NCBI GenBank assembly: GCA_001643675.2
Contig: LSRY02000030.1
Coordinates: 1,142,724-1,206,723, forward strand
Direction: 5' to 3'
Source: Monocercomonoides exilis PA203
Taxonomy: Eukaryota; Protista; Preaxostyla
DNA length: 64,000 nt
The first letter of the stretch is position 1; the number at the start of each line of letters is the position of its first letter. Below, one piece after another: positions 11,401 through 25,831 of this stretch. The translations under genes were made by a program, and so were the position numbers. Under the pieces are notes generated by a model. It was not told the origin of the DNA and made no database searches. It was given only the letters and a program-made list of their open reading frames with translations.

Positions 11401-14400
11401 GAAGAAAACGACCCGATTCGACTTTTGAGAAAAGGGCAGAAAGAACAACAACAAAGACAGATGAGACAAGAACAGCAAATGGAAGAGGAAAGAACGAAAA
11501 TGGCATGGATGAATGAGGAAGAGAGAGAAGAAGAGAAAGGAGAAAGAGAGGAGGAGGAGGAAGAAGAAGAAGAAGAGAAGCCAATTCTGTTGTTTGACGA
11601 TGAAAGCGAATGGGGAGCAGAAGAAGCAGTTGATGCCATGGCCCATCTGAATGAGACAAATCCCTTCAAATATCTTCTCTCGCCTCATCTTCTGCCCTCC
11701 CTCAACACTTCTTCTGATGCAACTTCTGCAGTCAACACAAAAACACTCACAAATGTTCGCTCTTTTCATCGCAATCATTCTGTCACCACAGACTCATACA
11801 GCGAGCCCCTGCAGAAGGCAGAGAAAGAAGAGAAGATGATCCACCCGTCTGCCTCTGCCACTGTCATATCGACGTCTTCTGCTGTTCCCAATGAGCTGAA
11901 CAGGAATGAAGAGAGGGAAGAGGATGTTTTGGTGGCATTTCCACATGTTTCGAATGGAAATGTGGATGAGACAGAACAAAAGAAGAAGGAAGGAGAAGGA
12001 GAAGGAGAAGGAGAAAAAGAAGGAGAAAAAGAAGGAGACGAAGTGAGAAGGGTGGCAGAAGAAGAGAATGGAATGAATGTGTTGGATGATAAGGAAGTGC
12101 GTGCAACGACAGCGAAAGGGAAGAAGAAGAAGAAAAAGAAGAAGAAGAAGAAGAAGGCGACAGAAGAGTCAGGGAAATCAGATATGCCTCCAGTGACACC
12201 TGCAACGTTGGTGTCTTATTTCTCTGAAAAATCATTTGATGAAAAGAAATCGGAGCAAGAGAATAGAGAAGAAGGGGAAAGAGAAGGGGAAAGGGGAAGA
12301 AAAGGGGAGGAAGAAGGAGAAGGAGAGAAAGAAAGGATAAAAGAACTGAAAGACGAAAGTGAACAAAAGATGAAGAAAAAGAAGAATGCAAAACAAAATG
12401 CAACAGAAAAAATGCCAAATGAAATTGCACTTTCACCTTCTGAAAGCACAAAACAAGAAGGCAAAGAAGAAGGAGAAGAAGGAGAAGGAAGGAGGAGAAG
12501 GAAAGAAGAAACACCGAAAGCCAATTCGGATGAGAAAAGAGCGACAGAAAATGAGGAAAGTTCGAGTAAAGACAGCTTAAAACAGCTGAGTGACAGAACA
12601 GCAGCGTCACACTCAGAACATTCAGATGAGAAGAGAAAGAAGAGAGAGAAGAAGGAAGAAAAGAAGGAGGGGAAAGAAAGAAAGAGGAGGAGAAGAAGAA
12701 GTATTGAAGGAAAAGAGAAAGAGAAAGAGAAAGAAAGAGAAGAAGGAGATGATAACGATGATGATGAAGTGAATGAAGAGGCAGAAAAATCAAAAGAAAG
12801 AAGACGAAAGAGCAAAAGAAGAAGAAGAAGCGAATCGAAAAGAAGAGAAGATAAAAGCAAAAGAAGCAGAAAAAGCGAAAAATCGCCAAAAAGAAGGAGA
12901 AGAGAAGAGAATGAAAGCGAAGCAAAAGAAGAGAGAAAAGAAGAAGCAGAATCGAAAACAGAAGAAGAAGAAGAAGAAGAGAAACAAAAAGAGAAGAAGA
13001 AGAAAGAGAAGAAAGAGAAGAGGAAGAGTCAGTCGAAGAAAAGAACAAACCGAAGGCAGAATGAAGATGTTTCAAAGGCAGAGAAAGAAGAAAGACACCA
13101 TCGAAGCCAAAGGAATAGAAAGAGAAGACATTCCAAACAGAACACACATTCTGACAGAAGGTCAGATGAAACATCACATTCTGCTAATTCCTCTTCTATT
13201 TCTCGTTCTTCACGCTCTCCTTCTCCTTCTTCTTCTGTTTCTCATTCATCTTATCGCTCGTCCTCCTCCTCTTTTTCTCGTTCATCCTCCTCTTCCTCTT
13301 CTTCTTTGTCTCATTCTCTTCGTCATCCTTCCTCCACCTGCCCCTCTCCCACCTCGTCTGCCTCACACAGAAATGAGACATCAACAGACACAGAGCATAT
13401 GCAGCCACTCTCATTCAACTCACTCGCCTTCAATCCTTCTCAGCTCGACCCACAAGTGCAGCTCCAGATGCAGATGCAGATGATGATGATGATGCAATAC
13501 CAACAGAACGGAATGAACGGAATGAACGGCTCTCCTTTTGTTCCCCCACTCCCAGGTGCAAACATCGCTGCTGCCTCTGCCTCTGCCCCAAACACCTCTC
13601 TCCCTTCCTTCCGAACAGCCAGCGGGAGCATCCAGCCAATCGTCCGCTCTTTCTCAGCAACAGAACAGGACATTCTGAACAAACAGCGCCAATCAGCAGA
13701 CACACAAGCAGCAGGCGTGCCTGTCCCGCCTTCCTCTTCTCTTTACTCCAACTACTCCACTTACACTGCCCCTCCCTCCTCTTTCATCCCCCCACAAGGC
13801 TCAAACACAGCCAACGGTGTCTATTTTGCATCGTCTGTGCCATCAACACCAGGAAGATTTGGAATATTCCCGCCGTTTATGCCAATACCCAGCACTTCCA
13901 ATACAAACATGGCATCTCTCTCACCCGAAGAGAAGAAGATGATGCTTTCACAAATGTCATCATCATCATCTTCTTCAACAACTTCTTCTTCGTCTTCTTC
14001 TTCTTCCACCCCACATAATCTCCAACTGCAGAACATCCAAAGCATTCAGAATGCTCCTTCCTCTGCCTCCTTCTCGTCTCCCCTCCTTTCTCCACACAGA
14101 ACAGCCTCTCTGTCTCCTCAGATTGCACCGCCGGCGATGTTCCCTTCGCCCCGTGTGCCGTTGGGCACCCTCTCTCATCCGATGGAGAAGTCGAAGTCTT
14201 GTCTTGCTGAAAGACAGCCGAGTCCGCTTCAGCAAGGCACAACAGCCAATCAGTCGTCGCTCATCACTTCTGCCTCTTCTTCTGCTTCCTCCACGGCATA
14301 TTCTTCGTCTTCTGCTGGCTCCTCTTCCTCTCTCATTCACCAGCAGGGAGACAGCAACGAGAATGCAGTGGCGAAGAAGGCAGCGTATTTGGAGGAGGCT

Positions 14401-16029
14401 GAAAAGGCAGCGAAGGAGAAAGCAGAAGAGGAGAAAGAGGAGATGAAGGAGAAGATTGACAAGATGACCTCTTTCATTCCATTCAGCTTTTATGTGCGTG
14501 TGGTGCTTGGGGTGGGCATAGTGTTTATTCTGTCTGCTGTCTATTATGCCTTCTCCACATTTGCAGTGGACGATGTCATCAGCTCAAACGATGCTGTGTT
14601 CATGTCTGACTATCGTGCTGTGCTGATGGCGCAGATGGCATCAATCGCCATTTCTGTTGCCACTCCTTCCATTCTGTCTTATGAGAAGAGCGGGTTCAAC
14701 GTGTCTTCGTCGACCAATCCTGTCTGGAGTGATCTGTCGCACATGTCCCACGATGTGCAGAAGATGCAGATGATCCTGTCGAAGCTGGTGACATTCTTCA
14801 TCGGCGTCAACAGAAAAGTGAATGAAGGCGGAAATGCTTTTGCAGATGGCACAAAACTGACAGGCGACGAAGCACTCGACGCCTTCAGCACAACGCGCAC
14901 TGTGAAAGAAGGCTCACCTTTTGTGTCTCTTTTGTATGGCACACAAACATGTCTGTGCGACAATCCAGAGGAATGCAGCATAAAAGACAGGTTGTATGGC
15001 ATGGAAGGAACATACGCTGGACTGGAAGGGCTGATTGAGACAGCACTCTCACACATCATTGTCCTCTCAAACATCACAATTCTCCCTAATTCTGCTGCAA
15101 ACGATGCAAATTCTGACATTTCTGATGCCAATTCGCAGGAGAACTACCACACGACAGCAATGCGAGTGACGTTGAATGCATCTGAAATCCAGTTCATCAA
15201 CACAGGTGTCAACTTCGACATTTACGGAGGGCTGGACAAGTTCAACACGCAGATTGTGGAGATGCAGTCAGCCGCCCTTGTTCGCTACCGGACAATTCTC
15301 ATTGTGCTCTTCATCATCGGCATCGTTGGCCTGTCTATTGGGGCATTCGTGTGTCTCTTCCCGACAAAGCCGCTGCTGGCAGACGTTGCCATCCACACGC
15401 TGAAGATCGAAGAACTTGACCCGAACAACGACTCCAGCAACGACGGGGTGATTGAGTGGAGCGAGCAGCACACGGCAGACCTGCCCCGCTTCGACAATGC
15501 GCATCAGAATGTGCTGGTGCTGGCGAGAGAACTGGCACAGGCAGCAGAGGAAGTGAGTGACTTGCACTTGGAAGGCTCAGAGGCGCGGCTGAAGATTGCA
15601 TCAGCGCTGTCACCGCTGCTGATTGGGTTTATGTCAGTTCTGAATGACGAGGAAGGGCTGATGGCGAGGCTGAGAGTGATTGGGCGGCACGTGAAGATGC
15701 ACCAGACAGAACACGTGGCAGTGCTGAAGGGGTTGCTGGAGGCTATTCATCAGATGGCGCTGGGGAAAGGGTCAGTGACAGCTGTGCTGGAGCAGATCAA
15801 CATGTGGGTGACGGAGCATGTGGCGCAGATGGACAAGGAGCTGGCGACGCTCATTTCAGGAAAGATGGAGAGCGAAGAGATAGACGGAGAGGTGGATCTG
15901 AAGGCAGGGCATATTCCAAGGTCGTATTTGGAGTATCTGGACTCAGACAATGCGAGCATGCAGGAGAAGACAGATCTGCACAAGCTGCATAGCCTGCTGC
16001 ACATCAAGCAGCATTGGGAAGGATTGTAA
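5452..16029 (+). CDS. Very large multi-pass membrane protein, TmcB/TmcC-like (TM bundle, TPR-like helices, further TM segments) with C-terminal hemerythrin-like domain
   Basis: Frame-consistent exons 5452-5558, 5611-5641, 5691-5824, 5883-16029 with GT-AG introns; several N-terminal hydrophobic helices; TPR-like segments (LIRHGTKRFPDSTDLWL; LLATHPDSTQVLRTLGVLLRDI); hemerythrin-like motifs at 15451-15843. Confidence 0.8.
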
Positions 16030-17201
16030 GAAAGAAGAGGAATTAGAGGAAAATGATAAAGACAAAGAACAATATTAGCCAATGAAGGAATATCTTTGTG
16101 AAATCATTATGTTCTGTTGATTTGAAGTTGAAATTATCAGATTTTAAAGTTTCAATGAATGTGATAACTGAACAGTTTCTCACTCAAAATATTTCATCTG
16201 CATATGAATGGCAATGAATAGATTGATAAGCGTTTCTGTGTAAAGTGTTTTGTGGACGCTGTTCGGTTGATCTGACATCATCATTTCCTTTCATCGCTTC
16301 GTTTCTGCATTTAATCTTTATGAGCATATTTTTTTTTCCAAAGTAAGAGTGAGCATTCTTTCTTCATTCTGTCAATCGAACCCTCTTCTTCAACTTGTTC
16401 CATTCTTTCCATTTGAAACTTCTATATTCCTTCTTGTGAGCAAAAGAGTGGATGTTTCATATTCCTTTTTAAGAGATGCTTTTGAGATGATTACACGAAA
16501 TTTCTGTATGTCTTCTTAACACAATGTTTACATTGTGTGAATATCATCAATCCTGTGTATATGTTCCTTATGCCAAAAATAATTATTAAATATTTATTTA
16601 TTTTCTAATTAGTTTTTGATTGCTTTATTTCAAGTTGGTTTCGATTAATTTTCTTTCTTTTTTGTATGTGATTTTGCTATTAGAAAATATGTACTCAAAC
16701 AAATTGATATGTTTTTATAACACCTTCTTCAATCATCGCTGCATTTAATTCATTTCACAGTTAATATTTATGTTTTTGCTATGTTTTTCTTTTTCTTAAT
16801 TTCTTTTTCTTTTTGAATGACTTGCTGCTCTTTCAATAATGTATTTTTTAAAGAGCATCTGTTAGTACAATACAAATATTTTTCTTTTTCGTAACTTTTG
16901 GAAAATATTTGTTTTATAACATAAATGTTCATTTATTATTGTTTATAAAGTGAAAAGATGTTAAAGAATCCTTTCTTTGATTATGATTTTCAACAGAATG
17001 TCATTTAGAGTTTAATCATGTATTCAATTCTTATCTTCATGTTATTTCATTATTGCATCTTTTCAATTATTTGAAATGACATTCATTATTTATAATTATA
17101 ATTATTTGAGCGAAGAGTCGCAAATTTTCCATAAATCAAATACATTTTATAAATTTTTATCTTTTATATAGCCCATAATAACAATTTTTGGACTCTTTCA
17201 A

Positions 17202-20200
17202 ATGTCTTTTTTGAATAACAAAGAGGAATTTGAAAAGTCATTGTTTGAGTTTCATGAAAAAAGAGGAACAAAGATTGCAAGAGTTCCTGTTATGTCACGA
17301 ATACAACTTGATCTATTTCGACTTTTTCAAGTTGTTCAGAAAAATGGAGGTTACGATGAAGTGAGTGTGAAACGTCTTTGGAAAAAGGTAAATAGAGAAA
17401 TAGATATTCCTATAATAGGGTCAAGCCCTTATATTATTCGTAAGCATTACAAACAAATTCTTTATCCATTTGAAAGGGTGAAAATACATTTTCTTCCAGA
17501 TGACTTGTCCATTGGACTTGATCAAGGAATACCTGAAATTCCATCTACATCTCCGAATCCTCAACCAACATTCACACTGGATTCTGATGTTATGGATGAC
17601 TCTCATTTGAATAAGATATTGACAAGTTTTCTTCCTCGCCCTCGAAAGACATTTAGTTTCTTTAGAATTCCTGCAATGCAATCATCCACAAACGTTAAGA
17701 AAAAAATTGCTTCATTTGCGTTTGAAACAGGAGAAGAAAAAGATCTTGTTTGCAAATATTAATATAGTTTTTATTTAACATTTTTAATAACACATTTTTT
17801 GTAACTAGGAATGTTTATTTCGCACAATTAGATCTTCTTCTAGAAATGCTGTCGATGGAAGTTTAACGCATTTGAACGATTTTGGTGCTGTGCTATCATT
17901 GTTATGGTCTTCAATGGCAATGAACATTGAATCTATTTCATATCAACATTGGGAGGATTTCCGCGTAAGATGGATCGATTGGAAAGAGAAATATGTTTAT
18001 TCAATGAAAAATGAGGAGAAAGAAAAATTTCAAATTCCAATAAAAGTGATACATCTCAATGATCAACTCAATCAGTCAATTGAATCGTTATGCCGTTCAT
18101 CAAAATGCACCATTATTGAAGAAAAAGACGGATCTGCTTTGAAAGACCAAAGCTATTTGGCAACTGCAAAATATTCAACGAAAGCATTTAATGAACTGTC
18201 TGATCTTGTTACACAAAAGATAAACCTTATATGTGAATTTTACAAGAAACTGATTCAAAATTCTGAGAAAACTTTGAACTCTTTTCGATTAAAAGCAGAA
18301 GAAAAAAACTTTTTATACGAAAAATCAAAAGAAGACTTCTTCCAAAATATGCTCAATAACAAATACATCAGCGATGCAATAGAAAGCGATCTGTCTTTGT
18401 TTCATTTCGCATCAACTTCCTGCGAAGAGATGCTTTTAACTGATGTTTTGAATCAAGAGGAATTTGGCAGTTTAGCAGCAGAAACAAAGAAAACGAAAAA
18501 AATGCGCGCTTTCAATGAAATTGATCAGCATAAAGAAGAATTCAAATCCTCAAAAGATGAAAAATTTGAAAATAAAGACGATGATATGCCAGTAAAAGAT
18601 GAAGAAAGAAGTAAACGGAAAGGAAAAATAGAAGAAATGAACTGCGAGAAAGAAGATGCAACTGAACAATTATCTCCACCATTTTTGGTCTTTTTTGATG
18701 CGTGCTCAAGTTTATTCCCTTCGTCACTTCCTTTGATTGCTGACACAAACACAGGCGAACTCTCAATAATGCCATCTTCTAATGCTCAATCATCAAATAT
18801 ATATTCTTCTTCTTCTTCTTCCCACATTTCATCTGCTTTGCATATTCCGCAAGATTTTGTTCCTGGAATGCGTCATTCTCCTTCTGAACTAACTCAGAAC
18901 GTCTTATCCAATCAATTGTCTTCTCAGCAATTCAATGAGTATCCTTCAACACACACCCAATGCGTTTCAAATAGCCGTTCTGCTGAAGTTCTCTTTGAGA
19001 ATTCATCTGCTTTTGCTTCTGTTAATCTGCCTCTGCTATCTTCTCCGCACAAATCCGAGTACGAAAAAATTATGCCATTTATCGAGCCATTTGGGAAATT
19101 GATAGACAAACACAGAGAAATGTTGGATTCGAAGAAGAAAGCACTAAAAGAAAAGGAAATGAAAACAGCAAAGAACGATCAGATAAAAGAAGAAGCAGTT
19201 AACAACAAAAAAATCGGAAAAAAGATGAAAGAAAGAAGCGATCAGAAAAAGACACCAAAAAGAAGGGACTTATCTCCGTTGCCTCAATCACTTGCAACAT
19301 CTTCTCCATTCGAACAGCCATCTTCATCTTCCCTTTCATCCCCTTTTCAATCAACTTCGTCGCCTCTATCGCAGAATTCCAACCATTCACCAGATAAGCT
19401 TTCCACCTCAAAACAGACTCATTCAACAGTTCATTCTGAGACGCAGCTGTGTCAACAGGGAAATCTGAAGCCAGCAGACGAGTCAAGTCCCACAAAAGCG
19501 GAATCTTCTGAACTGAAAGTGCGCATTCATCTGAATATTCGCCGTCCTCCTCTGAATAAAAATGCACAATCTGCCGAACAGTCGCAATTTTCCACTTCAA
19601 CAGCATCATCAGATGGTTTTGCTCCCTCTCCTTCAACTCCTCCCTCTCCATTTCCTTCTCTTTCAACTTCTTGCTCGTCACCTCCTCCTCTTCCTCTTCC
19701 ACTTCAACCTCTTGAAACTGAAACCACTTCAATCTCAGCTTCTTTTTCTCCTTCGCTTTCACCTTCGCCTTCAACTTCGCCTTCGACTTCTTCTTCTTCA
19801 TTCACTTCATCTTCGTCTTCGTCTCAGATTGCAAGTTCTAAGCAAAGCAGTGTTGCTGTTAAGCAATCAAGTTCTGATTCATGTTCTTCTTCTTCAAAAT
19901 GTTCAATAATTCCTGATAATCCAATTAACACTGATAATTCTGATATTTCGAGCAATGCTAACAACATGTCTTCAATTTCATTCTTCAAACACCCTGCTAT
20001 GGATACAGATAAAAGCCCTATTTATTTTCAGTTGCGTTTCAACTTTCAAAACTCAAACAATTCCATCACAAGTTCAAATTTGCTTTGTCTTGATTCTTTA
20101 GAGGAAAGAAAAAAATGGATGCAGAAAAGAAAATTGCTCTTTTCTTCGTATTTATCACCTTCGCGTTATATTTCTTGTTTTCCTCGTAACATTTCATTTT

Positions 20201-22644
20201 CTCTTCCTTCAAATGAACTTTCTTCTTCTATTTCTTCTGTTTCTTCATCTGATTTGTTCACATCAAATTCTGAGTGTCTTTCGCCTATTGAGCTGCTTTT
20301 TTCGATGGCAATGTTTGGCTCTCAATGCAAATGTGCAAAGTCAACCATCCAACGCACTTTCATCGATTCCTCATCTCATTCACAGCAGTTTGATATCACT
20401 TCTATTTTGGGTGTGAACAGCTATTCCGATCCGGTGGAAGCATCTGATGGTTTTTCCTCTGATCCTTCTCGTGTTTACACAACATGCACTGAAAGTGTCC
20501 CCAATACAAAGTGTATTTGCTGTCGTTCTCTGCTTTGTTTGAGCAATCAGTGCTGTGAGGCAATGATCGATGCGTTGGAGCTGCTCCACAAGGAGGAAGA
20601 GGAAGAAGTCGAGAGGCGTTTGGAAAAGTTCAATTGGCTTTTGGAGCTCGCACCGTTTCGAGTGTCTTCAGAAGATGAGAGCATATTCACTGAAGAAAGA
20701 TACCAAGAAGCGGAAAAGGAGAAAGAGAAAGAAGATAAGATGCGAAAGAATGAGGCGCCTGTTAGATTTGCCAACGATAAAGAAAATGAAGTCTTTTCTG
20801 CAAAAGAAAAGGTTGATTCAGCCGAACACGAGTGGTGTTGGAAAGATGCGCTGAACGAGACACAGCTAAGTGCGTTTGCAAAGGATGGATTGAATAACGT
20901 CGCAAGGATTAATGGAATTGAGCTGAATGAAGACAAAGACGAGCTGATCGACTGGAAGAACGAAAAAGAAGATAAACTAACTGAAAACCAAGAGATTGAT
21001 AAAGAATGTGTTCTGATTGAAGAACAAGGCGTCCAGCTACAGCAAATACCGGAATTGTTAAAGAATGTTAAAGATACAAAATATCAGTCAAATACGCTGA
21101 AGCGCGCTCTCTCGTATCTTTATATTCCAGACAAATACGACAAGCACGAAGAAGCAAAGTTGCAGGATCAAAGTGAAAAAACAAAGTTCAAATCATTTCG
21201 TGATTATGTGCTTTCTTTTGTATCTGAAGGATCATTCCTCGATTGCACAGAATTTTCTCGTATGCAGTCTGTTATTGCACATCACCCAGCAGTTGCACAA
21301 ACAGTCATTCCTTTGTTTGTGTCTCTGCTTTGGATAGAAAGTGCATTCCATCATCTTGGCCCGATTATATCTTCATTTTCATCTTTCCCACACATTTCAC
21401 AGATTGCCACTTCATCAATAGATCAGATGCTTTTTCTTTCTGCAAAGACTCAGCATCCTCATCCTCATTTCTCTTTCCCAATTCAACATCCACTACTCAC
21501 TTCACTGCTTCACTTGCTCTATCTACTCTCTATTCCTTCTCCTTCACGCACACCAAATCATCCGTTTGCTCGATCAAACGATCATTTTTGCTTTCCATCT
21601 CTTATTCAACTATCACTTTTACCACAAGCTATTTCTCGAGCTTTTGTTGATACATTGATTGATATTGTAAATCACGAAATTTATTTCAGAAAATTAAAAA
21701 GCTCAAAGTTTCAACATATTCATGATTCCTCAAGCTGCGGCAAAGGCACTGCAGATGAAGTGGAAGCTGCTTCACTTATTCCAAGTATCTCTATTGAAGA
21801 CGCGTTCACTTCTTGTTATCATTCGTTAATTGCAGAAACACTTCTTCTTCATTTTGACAAGGAAGCTTCAAATGATTGTCTGAGGTCGGCTGAGCTTCCA
21901 TCTTCTTCATTGTGCACATCATTCACGATAACTTCATTTTCAAACGACTGCAATACTACGCCATGCCATTTCAATCGTACTGGTGAATTATTCATTTCTG
22001 TTCTCACCATTCTTGCATCTATCTCTGAGAGTTCGAATAATGCATCTTTATTTGTTAGCGATCAATTTTGGAACAATACAAAATTTGATGAAACGGCAAT
22101 GCCATCATATTTTTTGTCTTCTTCATTTGAAAACGATATAAAGACAAAGAAACCATCTTTTCGTTTCTTTTGCTTTATAGCTTCATTGGTTCTGCTTATT
22201 TTGGAAAGTGATGTTGGCGAAGAGTTTTTGTTGGGTCTTATTTGCCTTGAAAATTCACTAAATGCGCTTGTATCTTTTCTAAATTCTGAATCGTCTGATG
22301 AAATGAATAATTCAACATGTCGTAAAATGCAGCTCTTGTTACCACTTCTATCAGTTATTTCTGTTTCCGTACTCGACAGTTTCATTTCTTTACTTTTTGG
22401 AAGGATTAAAAAAGAGCTTATTCAACAAAAAAGGATAAGGCGATGGGATATAAAAAGAATTGAGATATCTGCTTTGCATGTGTGCAGCAATTTACTAATT
22501 TTGATTCCAATGCTTCGACCTGCTCTGAGAAGAAATAAGAATGTTGTTGATTTTTTGTTTGATGAATGGAAAGATTCTTCAAAGAATAAAGGTAAATGTG
22601 TTGTTCGCTGCGTTCAAATGATTTTTTCTAAGCCCAATTTTTGA
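17202..22644 (+). CDS. ARID/BRIGHT DNA-binding domain protein
   Basis: N-terminus has the ARID signature (FHEKRGT...LDLFRLFQVVQKNGGYDEV...W..V...IRKHYKQILYPFE); intron 17748-17808 (GT..AG) joins ORFs 17202 and 17872 in frame. Confidence 0.85.
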
Positions 22645-22670
22645 TTGCGAAATATTGGGGATTGCAATTT

Positions 22671-22704
<34 letters not shown>

Positions 22705-23085
22705 TCATTTTTTGCAGTTTTTCTTTGATATCTTTGATAAATGATTTCTCAGGCTTTGCAAATTTTTGAAATTTTTCTAACGTTCCACTTTGTTACGACC
22801 ATTTTAATGAAGAAATTTAAAATTTGAAAAATTTTGAATTTGTGTTTATTATTGATGTTGAGTTAAAGAATGATTTTTAAATTGGAAAATCTTTTTTTAT
22901 CGAAGTTTTTGAATTTTTTGTGTTGAAGAGTCATTAAAGTGTCAACAATTTAAAATATAAAAGTTCAAAGATTGAGAATAATGGAGACCATTGTCTTAGG
23001 AATTTTTTATTCTTAATTATGCACCAAAAATTATTCTTCATCAAAAATCTTTTGACCAATGCCAAAAATAGGGTTATTGCACAAT

Positions 23086-23299
23086 ATATGGCTGTTCCTT
23101 TTTGAAATCATTCTTTCGTTCGTGTTTTGATCAAAAAATCTATTTCAATGGGATTGAGAAAAAAAGAACTTCAACGGTTAATGGACACATCACATGATAA
23201 CATTTCTTAGAAATTGTTTTTTTAAAAAAAATCCCATTGAGACTAAAATTTTGATCAAAACTCGAACGAAAGAATGATTTCAAAAAGGATCAGCCATAT
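23086..23299. mobile_element. MITE with ~70-bp terminal inverted repeats
   Basis: ATATGGCTGTTCCTTTTTGAAATCATTCTTTCGTTCG... is inverted to ...CGAACGAAAGAATGATTTCAAAAAGGATCAGCCATAT. Confidence 0.85.
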
Positions 23300-24346
23300 G
23301 ATGGTGAACAAAATTAAGTACAGATGATCGCATCATTATCGCAAATTGTTTCATAATGTTATTTTATTTTTCTTAAGTGGTGAAACTTTTTTTTGAATGA
23401 ATCTAAATATTATTTCCCTCTCAATAATGGATTGAACAATTATTTTGACATCAATGATATTCAACAATTAAATCAATAAACAGTTAAAAAATATAAATTT
23501 GACTAGCAAACACTCCAATATGCTTTGAATTGATTCGATTTATCTTGTACCCAATTAGAATAGAAGTTTTTTGATAAGGGAAATAAAATTTTTTGTTTTT
23601 AAGATAAAAAAAAAATATTTGTAACAGAATTCTTCCCCCACAAGTTGATTTGGGAAAAAACAAAAACTTTTAGACTATGGTTTTCAAAATTAAGTGTTTC
23701 TTTTTGAAACCCGAGAAAAATACAATTGGTTTCATTTAAAATAGACCAGGATTCTAGAACTGGACTTGAAAGAGTGTATTCTTCTTTCCGCAATTTCCGC
23801 GAGCAATCAAAAGGTGAAAACTTTGTACGAAACACGTTATCATCACATCTTCAATGAAGGAAAATGTTGTTCCAGATCGTATTTTGTTCATTAGCCTATA
23901 ATTGTTGCACATCGTCTCGAAAACATTTGAAGCAAAGTTGATAGTTCGAAAATCTTCATATTCTCAGAAAGCTTCCCAAAATCAATAAAATGAAAAACAA
24001 TTCATATAAGCTGTGAAAATTTTAACGATTTTTGTTTATTTAATTATTTTTCATATCATTTACGTTTTTGTTTTTATTTTTAATTTTTTTTGTTTTTTTG
24101 TTTTTTTATTTTTATTTTTATTTTATTTTATTTTTTTATTATGAATAATTGAATAATAAAAATTTGTGAAGAATTCCGATTAATTTTTTTTTCATCTCAA
24201 TAAAAAGCACACTATTTCTCAAAAAAAGGCAAATAATAAGTTTATAAATTCAGCAAATTTTGGAAAGTGAGTTGAATGCAGTATTCACTCTCTTCTTTCA
24301 AAATCAAAAAGAAAAAAATTATTATTTTTGTTTATTGAACTTATTG

Positions 24347-25831
24347 TCATGGACAAAACCCGGGAAAGGGACAAAATTCTGGAATGTCTATTGTTAAACT
24401 CAAAAAAGAAATAGTGAGTGGATGAAATTGTTATTGAAAATAGCTGTCATTTTCCTATTTCTCTTAAATTTTTCGATGCTATCTTTTTTTGAAAATATGA
24501 AATTTCAGAATTAATTAAAAATATTGTTAGGATCACAAAGTCATTATGTTTGCTTTTTCTTGCAACATGTTTTTCTTTTCCTTCTTCATCGGAACTTTCA
24601 AAAGTTTTCGCAACAGCAAAGTTTCTTTTAATGAAATCAAAAGTTAAAAAAATTTACATTTTTCTTTCAAGAAAAGATATTTTTCTCAAAAAAAATTATT
24701 TTTTCTGTTATGGTCTCTCCATCTTAGCTATATCGGCATATCTCTTCATTGAAGAAGGGAAGAGATCAATAGCATAATAAAAGGCTATATTTATTCAATA
24801 TCGAGGAACAAGAAGAAACTCATAACTGTGACAAATCTCTTTTGCCTTCAACAGAAAAAATAAATATCTAAGACATTGTTTGAATTGTTTGACTTATATT
24901 CAAATATTATCTTTGAACTTTTAACACCTAATGTTATCAGTCCGAGAATGAGATGACACGAAAAAATCGAAATGAAGATGACAACAGCGAAATAACGAAA
25001 AACAACGAAAAATTAGCCTTACAGTTTAAAAAATGAATTCATGCTTTTCAAATGGAAAAACCGAAATCGATAGACATTGAAAGGCTCTTTGCATCCTCGA
25101 CAAAGATTGCAACATGGTTTTCATATTTGTTGGTCAAAATAAAAACTAAAAAAAATCAGTTCAGATCGAATGTTGAAATATGATGAAACTGAAATATGTA
25201 ATTGAAAATCCAATGATAATTACGTCTTTACACAATCATATCAAAATAAATACCAATTTTTTATTCACAATAACACCATCACAAGGCGACAAAAATATTT
25301 TGAGTGTTTGCTGAGGCCTCTCAATCAATAAAGTGATGCAATGGCCTTGAAAAACAGTCTTCAAAGATCAGATTTCTTTTTGGTTTCGTTATATAGAAAA
25401 TTATAATCAATGGAAAATGGTAGATAATTGAAAAGATCAATGAAAAAATAATGTGGATTATCAACAATGAAAACAAATTTCAGAAACAAATAGGGGAAAA
25501 CAATAAGATTTCTGCTTAAAGTATCTATCCTTTTCATTCAATTTTGTTTTGCAATTAATAGCAAGAATTTTTTCAACAGTTTGTTCAATGATTTTCACAG
25601 TGTCTCACGTCAGCCAATATTTTTGTTCAATCAGGATTTTGAATGTTCATTAGTTGCCACAATTAAGAAAAACTTATTAAAAAAACATTGGTTGAGCGTT
25701 TGTTTTCAAATAAATATTTTATTTTTGTCAATTCTTTTTTATGATATCAAAAAGTTAAATTAATTAATAAAAAACAACTCAATTAATAATGCATTCCCGG
25801 GCTTTGTCCCTTTCCCTGGTCTTGTCCATGA
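24347..25831. mobile_element. ~1.5-kb TIR element with no intact transposase
   Basis: ~40-bp imperfect TIRs TCATGGACAAAACCCGGGAAAGGGACAAAATTCTGGAATG / CATTCCCGGGCTTTGTCCCTTTCCCTGGTCTTGTCCATGA; interior lacks long ORFs. Confidence 0.75.

Noticed and set aside
6462-16082. Many overlapping antisense and alternative-frame ORFs
   Set aside because: Shadows of low-complexity coding sequence in the large gene.
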